Source: a virus
Length of the DNA stretch: 64,000 bases
Strand: one strand, 5' to 3'
Virus record (IMG/VR): IMGVR_UViG_3300025131_008477
Location: 6,124-70,123 of that record
The first letter of the stretch is position 1; every line of letters starts with the position of its first letter. Under the pieces are notes generated by a model. That model searched no databases. It saw nothing but the letters and a program-made list of their open reading frames with translations, and was not told the DNA's origin. This document shows positions 59,245-64,000 of this stretch, piece by piece. A program made the position numbers and the translations under genes.

Positions 59245-59275
59245 AATATACGGCGAATATCTAATTAAAGTCAAG
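59245..59275 (-). promoter_or_regulatory. Sigma70-type early promoter CTTGACT-N18-TATATT
   Basis: Near-consensus elements directly upstream of the VWA gene. Confidence 0.65.
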
Positions 59276-59334
59276 CACTTTCGTAAATTAAATTGTAACA
59301 GTATGTAACAATTAAAGTATTACTTTAAGTATTT

Positions 59335-59508
59335 TTAAGATATTATTTCCAAATCATAATAAGGATCAATTATTAATGCACCTGTTTTATCATCTCTCCA
59401 AGTTACATAATCATTATTAATGGATGTGACCACACCCGTACATTGATACTTCGGTCAGGTACTATTTATATCTCTAACTGTATCTCCAATTTGAATTTGT
59501 CCTCCTTT
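59335..59508 (-). pseudogene. In-frame continuation of the Cys-rich gene beyond its TAA, containing an internal TGA (SH3/KOW-like remnant)
   Basis: Reads PKM*KGGQIQIGDTVRDINST*PKYQCTGVVTSINNDYVTWRDDKTGALIIDPYYDLEIIS*. Confidence 0.5.
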
Positions 59509-62500
59509 TTACATTTTTGGGATTATTCCACCTTCTTGCATGGTCGAGTTACAACTTTGTGTCATTATACCCCATAAACAATAAGCTGAAAGAAGATGTT
59601 CATCCCATTGAATGATTGTTGTGATACCTTCAATGGTTTCAGTTTGATCTACCTGAAAACAAGTTTGTATACCATCACAATCAGTTTCCGTGTCACAAGG
59701 GCCCGCTTCACATGCCTCAGCATAGTGGTTTGCACAACATGCATCACACTCATTTTCTTCACCACCACATGTTCCACATATATCATATTTTCCTTCTTGT
59801 GGTACATCCTGGATGGTAGGTACCATATAACATTCCTCATCACAACCTACAAATCCATATTCGAAACATTCTGCGGGCTCAGTTGGACAATTTGATACAT
59901 CACAAACCACGGAGTCATCCCAACATATATATTCAGCACCTGGTCCACCACATACACCACAGTCATCTAATACTGCACAACCAAAACAATCATCATTACA
60001 ATCTCTGAGAGTTGAGGATGTGTCAAACTCCCATAGGCCACATAGACGACAATCGTCTATATTATTATTTCCTCCACATTCTCCTAAACAATCTTCAACC
60101 CAACAGTCACCATCGGCATAAGTTTCCCCTGAAGTTACAAGGTAGTTACAAGCTATTGATTCTGTACAACAAGTTGAATTATCACCATCACATACTCCAC
60201 ATTCATCTTTTATCACACAAAGTAATGCATTACATAAATTTTGATTTTGTGGTGAACAATCACCATCACCAGATCCAGAAATGTCCGGACAGACTATATA
60301 AGGTTCACAATTATTAGTACCACACGCACTAAGACCACATTCCGTACAAGTATGATAAGTACCATCACCAGCACATGTAGCTAATTCATTATAATTGTCA
60401 CTACCGATGTCACACGCATCATTACCAGCTGGAAGACATTCATCATCACAATCACATATTCCATCATTATCAGTATCAATACATTTTCCTTCGGGTTGAC
60501 ATTGGGGGATATTACAAGCATCCATCTGGTAAGTGCATTGAAATTCTAGATCACCTTCAATATTGGCACAATACTCTTCACCTAAAATTGTACAATAATC
60601 ACCAGTTTCTGTACCAATTGCACAAGTTACTGGTCCTTCTTCATCACAACCACAACCTTGATCAGTTGCTGTAGAACCGCAAACATTATCACAACCAGAT
60701 GGTCCAGCCTCACCACAACCACATCCAAGTTCTTCATCCTCGTCACAACAACCATTAACTAACCCAGTATCAATACAAGCGCAATCACACCATTCTACTC
60801 CAGCTTCATCTGTACTACAAGTCTCTGCGTCAATATTACCAAAACAATCACCACAATCATCCATATCTGAATTAGGTATATGTTCAGTATTACCTTCAGA
60901 ACAAACATCACAGTCATCTAATACAGCTTCACCATTACAAACACCATTACAATCTACTTCAAGTGATTGACTTCTACATTCATAACTTGCATTGTCCATT
61001 GTACAACAATCACCATTACAATCTACTATATTGGTATCCTCTAAATATCCATCTACATATTCACAATCTGCACATTCACCGTAATTACACGCAGCTATAA
61101 CATCACATATTGTAGCTGATCCACCACATTCCCCTAAACAATCTAATACACCACATCCAAGTCCATCACAACCGGTTGGAGTTCCACAATCAAAGTCATC
61201 TAGTTCTCCACAAGTAGCTGGTGGATATTCACAATCATATCCACAACCACCATTATCGCAATTAGTATCTGGGGAAGTTCCTCCACCACCGCAATTATTT
61301 TTATAATTTATAGTCTCACCACCACAGACACCATCACAATCCCAAGAATGTGCAGCACATTCACAAAATCCAGAAACATTACAATCAGGTAAATGGTCGT
61401 CTGTACCATCTGATGCTGGATATAACTCACTACAATTACCAGTACCACAATAATCTATAGTCTCATCACACTGATCAGTTGCTCCACCACATTCTGGATC
61501 ACCAACAGCTGCACAATCCCAAAGGGCTACAGCTTCATTGTCACCACAAACTCCACATTCATCTTCTACTGATAAACCACCACATATTCCTGCACAGTCT
61601 ACACCATCATCACTACTACAATAACAAGAATTATCGATTGGATTACAATTAGGAGTTGGTTCAGAACAATTAGGATTATTATCACCACTACAATTTACAT
61701 CTTCCATACATTCACCACCGGCGTCAACGCCTGAAGCAGTACATCCTTCTCCTAGGCAACCACCTGCATCGCTATTATCGAGGAAATGACAAGTAAATAC
61801 TGGTTCCTCACCACCCACACATGTATAATATCCGTCAAAGTAATAAACATCATCTTCACAATAAGAATCACAATCTGGTTGATTACAACCACAATTTTGA
61901 TTATTTGGATCTGCAACACAATCACCACAGTCATCAACACTTCCATAACCATCGAGACATGAATAGAAGGTATTATAGGTTTCACCTGATGGTAAAGTAC
62001 TACAACATGATGCTTCACCAGGACCGCCACAATGTCCAGCTTCTGACCAAGTGAAGTTTGATATGTCATTACCACCACATACACCACATTGATCTATCAC
62101 ATCATCACCACCACAAATACCAGCACAGTCAGGTTCCTCATATGAGCAGCATTCAGCGTTCAACGAACAATATGTACAATCACTTATATAACTTTCACCA
62201 CAACCACAACCATCTGGATCTGTATCATTACAACACCCACTAAAATCCCCACCTGAATCTGGTAATGGGCAATCACCAGTTGAGCAATATCCTCCATTAC
62301 AAGTACATTCAGCAGATGAGCTTGCATATCCATAAGTTCCACAACAATCAGAATTACTACCTTCACATGAACCACAAAAATTGGTGGATGTACATCCAGA
62401 GACACTTGATGTATCACAAGTATCAGCAGTTCCACACATTCCATGATTAGAACAAGGATTATAATTTTCTATTGAATCACAACCAGCTTCACCAAAACAA

Positions 62501-63558
62501 CCATAAGCAGTTCCACACATTCCATGATTAGAACAAGAATTATAATTTTCTATTGAATCACAACCACCATCACCATCAGCACCACTAAAACAGTCAGTAC
62601 TCGTTCCACCACAATTTTCACAAGAAACTGATGGAGCTGAACAATCACTAGAACCACAAACTGTACCACCACAATAATTAGTTTCTTCGTCTGAACAAGC
62701 ATAATCTGGAGCTGAACAATCACTAGAACCACAAACTGTACCACCACAATAATTAGTTTCTTCTTCGTCTGAACAAACATAATCTGGAGCTGAACAACCA
62801 CCACCCTCACAATCAGTTGGTTCACCACATTCACCACAATCAGCTGGTGTATCACATTCAGTATCGAAAGCTACACAACCACCACCACAACCAGCATCAC
62901 AAGTGAGGATAAAAGCATTACCACCACATTCTCCGGCACAATCTGTATTATTAGTTTCACAGTCACATTCACCGAAGAAATCCCCATCGACATCATAATC
63001 GTTATCAACCCAATTATCTTCAACAATGTCTGGACAAAATACCTGAGAATCCGTTGGACATCCGAACCCATCGCCATCGTTATCAGAGTAATAGGTAGTC
63101 AAATAAAGACAACATTCATTTCCACCAGGACCATCACCATCTTCATTACAGTCTGTATTACAACCATCTGTACAAGTATTACACGCACTATCATCAGTAC
63201 AACCATATACTGGGATGACATAATTAAAACTTACTTGTATAACTTCTGATAAGCCCCATGGCAAAGCCGCGAATTGTGGAGATACCCAATCACCAGTACT
63301 CGTTACTACACCAGTTATTGTTTCACCTGGAAATTCAGCTGGTGTTAATTCGATTAAAAAATCATATCCAACTGGATCAGAATCTACCTCTAATAGTATA
63401 TTAATTAATGTAGCAGTCCCGTCGCCATTATCCGTATAACTTATACCACCATTTTCAGGATAATTAATTGTTGCTCCTTGATAAGTAAGGGAAATTGAAT
63501 CTTCAGGAGTAACCGAATGGTTAAATGAATATGTTAAACTTAAATTTAAAAGTGCCAT
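59509..63558 (-). CDS. Giant Cys/Gly/Asp-rich repeat protein (~1349 aa, MALLNLSL...)
   Basis: Start reassigned by TAATG overlap. Repeats DCAGECGG, DECGVC, GCGCGE, GCTDDSACN and YSDNDGDGFG. Confidence 0.8.
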   Translation of the reverse strand: MALLNLSLTYSFNHSVTPEDSISLTYQGATINYPENGGISYTDNGDGTATLINILLEVDSDPVGYDFLIELTPAEFPGETITGVVTSTGDWVSPQFAALPWGLSEVIQVSFNYVIPVYGCTDDSACNTCTDGCNTDCNEDGDGPGGNECCLYLTTYYSDNDGDGFGCPTDSQVFCPDIVEDNWVDNDYDVDGDFFGECDCETNNTDCAGECGGNAFILTCDAGCGGGCVAFDTECDTPADCGECGEPTDCEGGGCSAPDYVCSDEEETNYCGGTVCGSSDCSAPDYACSDEETNYCGGTVCGSSDCSAPSVSCENCGGTSTDCFSGADGDGGCDSIENYNSCSNHGMCGTAYGCFGEAGCDSIENYNPCSNHGMCGTADTCDTSSVSGCTSTNFCGSCEGSNSDCCGTYGYASSSAECTCNGGYCSTGDCPLPDSGGDFSGCCNDTDPDGCGCGESYISDCTYCSLNAECCSYEEPDCAGICGGDDVIDQCGVCGGNDISNFTWSEAGHCGGPGEASCCSTLPSGETYNTFYSCLDGYGSVDDCGDCVADPNNQNCGCNQPDCDSYCEDDVYYFDGYYTCVGGEEPVFTCHFLDNSDAGGCLGEGCTASGVDAGGECMEDVNCSGDNNPNCSEPTPNCNPIDNSCYCSSDDGVDCAGICGGLSVEDECGVCGDNEAVALWDCAAVGDPECGGATDQCDETIDYCGTGNCSELYPASDGTDDHLPDCNVSGFCECAAHSWDCDGVCGGETINYKNNCGGGGTSPDTNCDNGGCGYDCEYPPATCGELDDFDCGTPTGCDGLGCGVLDCLGECGGSATICDVIAACNYGECADCEYVDGYLEDTNIVDCNGDCCTMDNASYECRSQSLEVDCNGVCNGEAVLDDCDVCSEGNTEHIPNSDMDDCGDCFGNIDAETCSTDEAGVEWCDCACIDTGLVNGCCDEDEELGCGCGEAGPSGCDNVCGSTATDQGCGCDEEGPVTCAIGTETGDYCTILGEEYCANIEGDLEFQCTYQMDACNIPQCQPEGKCIDTDNDGICDCDDECLPAGNDACDIGSDNYNELATCAGDGTYHTCTECGLSACGTNNCEPYIVCPDISGSGDGDCSPQNQNLCNALLCVIKDECGVCDGDNSTCCTESIACNYLVTSGETYADGDCWVEDCLGECGGNNNIDDCRLCGLWEFDTSSTLRDCNDDCFGCAVLDDCGVCGGPGAEYICWDDSVVCDVSNCPTEPAECFEYGFVGCDEECYMVPTIQDVPQEGKYDICGTCGGEENECDACCANHYAEACEAGPCDTETDCDGIQTCFQVDQTETIEGITTIIQWDEHLLSAYCLWGIMTQSCNSTMQEGGIIPKM
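62425..62800 (-). repeat. Two sets of near-identical tandem repeats in the Cys-rich gene
   Basis: GCDSIENYNxCSNHGMCGTA twice and CSAPDYxCSDEETNYCGGTVCGSSD twice, with almost identical DNA. Confidence 0.8.
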
Positions 63559-64000
63559 TATGTTCCCCCATTCCAAGTTAATGTCTTATCACTACCCATA
63601 CTAGAAATACCTACTATCATACCTTTAACTATAGATGTTATATCACCCGATGCATTAAACCAGCTTCCACCCACCCTCATAGCATAACCAACCATTTGTG
63701 AGGACAGCATTGTAATAATATGAGACCCATCATCAATTTCCCCACCAATTGATTGATCTAATATATCAGTAAAGCTTGTACCATCATGAAATTCATCAGC
63801 ATATGGATAAGAAACAAATCCCCAAGCAGCTGCTTGTGTCTGTACAGTACCATCCCAACCACCAACAACAGTAAACGAAGGATAAGTTACAGAAGGACAT
63901 GTACTTGGATCCATACATACATCACTACCAGAACAAATTCCATCACATTCAGTACAATTATTATCACAACAACTTCCCTCACTATCACAACAAACACCAC
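63558..64000 (-). CDS. 3' end of another Cys-rich protein entering from the right edge
   Basis: The frame of the 118-aa ORF is open to position 64000 (GVCCDSEGSCCDNNCTECDGICSGSDVCMDP...). Confidence 0.8.
   Translation of the reverse strand, partial: GVCCDSEGSCCDNNCTECDGICSGSDVCMDPSTCPSVTYPSFTVVGGWDGTVQTQAAAWGFVSYPYADEFHDGTSFTDILDQSIGGEIDDGSHIITMLSSQMVGYAMRVGGSWFNASGDITSIVKGMIVGISSMGSDKTLTWNGGT

Noticed and set aside
283-63077. Numerous 60-225 aa plus-strand and alternate-frame ORFs
   Set aside because: They overlap longer minus-strand genes and show compositions expected from antisense or shifted reading of Gly/Cys/Asp-rich genes.
63558-63576. Frameshift joining the two Cys-rich ORFs
   Set aside because: A clean TAATG stop-start overlap explains the junction as two coupled genes.
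1-64000. Genome-wide stop codon reassignment
   Set aside because: Long genes are intact under code 11, and TAA, TAG and TGA all end genes at tight junctions.

Overview
A 64-kb segment of a large, AT-rich, standard-code tailed dsDNA bacteriophage with a contractile-tail baseplate (jumbo-myovirus-like). Every credible gene is on the minus strand. In transcription order (right to left) it contains: two giant Cys-rich proteins; a HEXXH/VWA protein; a HAD nucleotidase; DnaK; a trypsin-like protease; small membrane proteins; thioredoxin; peptide deformylase; IMPDH/GMPR; tmRNA; tRNA-Met(CAU); a porin-like beta-barrel; PhoH; a 3D-domain protein; Dam methylase; an HD hydrolase; a gp55-like sigma factor; a ~30-kb baseplate/fibre block (gp5-, gp25-, gp6- and gpI-like subunits, fibres, and tail-collar-type paralogs including a 2357-aa Hint/Cys-rich/LRR protein); then RuvC, primase, RimK, a fused Mre11-Rad50 and another fibre. 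Shine-Dalgarno use, TTGA-N17/18-TATATT promoters and the Cys-rich/LRR repertoire suggest a marine non-Bacteroidia FCB host such as Marinimicrobia (inference). The most unusual signals are: (1) a codon-fixed DNA repeat delimiting variable modules in two fibre genes; (2) a ~36-aa leader shared by three tail paralogs, one followed by a Hint domain that looks cleavage-only; (3) a pervasive [S/T]-x-S tripeptide concentrated in tail proteins; (4) two unannotated structured RNA candidates, one with its own promoter, a pseudoknot and a terminator. All protein calls come from motif recognition by eye; no searches were run.
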